Shown: positions 34,681 through 34,818 of the stretch, piece after piece
How positions within the stretch are numbered: the stretch's first letter is position 1
Layout of the letters: each line of letters opens with the position of its first letter
Program-made: the position numbers and the translations under genes
Assembly: GCA_046484865.1 (NCBI GenBank)
Contig: JAWOID010000111.1
Location: forward strand, 1 to 34,818
DNA from: Candidatus Krumholzibacteriia bacterium
GTDB lineage: Bacteria; Krumholzibacteriota; Krumholzibacteriia; LZORAL124-64-63
Direction of reading: 5' to 3'
Length of the DNA: 34,818 nt
The notes under the pieces: model-generated
Told to the model about the DNA's origin: nothing
The model's input: only the letters and a program-made list of their open reading frames with translations
Database searches by the model: none

Positions 34681-34818
34681 ATGGAGGGACCCGACCGGAC
34701 GCCGCGAGCGGAACGACAGCACGAGTCGGCGGAACCTCGATCGGCCGAGGGTCCCGGCGACGACCGCGCCCGCCGCATCCTCGCGACCATCACCGACGGC
34801 TACGTGCGCCTGGACCGC
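34681..34818 (+). CDS. 5' fragment of a probable PAS-domain protein, truncated by the window end
   Basis: GGAG then ATG, with the frame open to the edge. RRILATITDGYVRLDR resembles a PAS N-terminus. Confidence 0.6.
   Translation, partial: MEGPDRTPRAERQHESAEPRSAEGPGDDRARRILATITDGYVRLDR

Overview
Very GC-rich bacterial window. Three secreted proteins end in a 'PNPFNP...WDG' FlgD-Ig/T9SS-like tail, which suggests an FCB-group lineage such as Krumholzibacteriota/Latescibacterota (inference). From left to right: (1) a cluster of CTAG-ended palindromic repeats (1-276), with a collapsed copy at 25979-26029; (2) a lipoprotein, a secreted double PRC-barrel protein and a CPBP/CAAX protease; (3) HAD hydrolase-nnr-tsaD; (4) a five-gene signalling cluster behind a sigma54-like promoter: REC-GGDEF, histidine kinase-GAF-HD-GYP, REC, TM-GAF-histidine kinase-GAF-HD-GYP, REC; (5) priA; (6) a secreted papain-family/beta-helix protein; (7) a four-subunit 2-oxoacid:ferredoxin oxidoreductase operon (porCDAB) converging on (8) a TPP-riboswitch-controlled thiamine salvage operon (thiM-thiE-thiL-thiD-tenA); (9) a small membrane protein, a large FG-GAP/cohesin-like/dockerin-like surface protein, a cohesin-like protein and the start of a probable PAS protein. 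The strongest novelty candidates are the paired kinase-HD-GYP fusions with degenerate catalytic motifs, the cohesin/dockerin-like pair with sorting tails, and the nested palindromic repeat family. All domain calls come from reading motifs by eye; no database searches were run.
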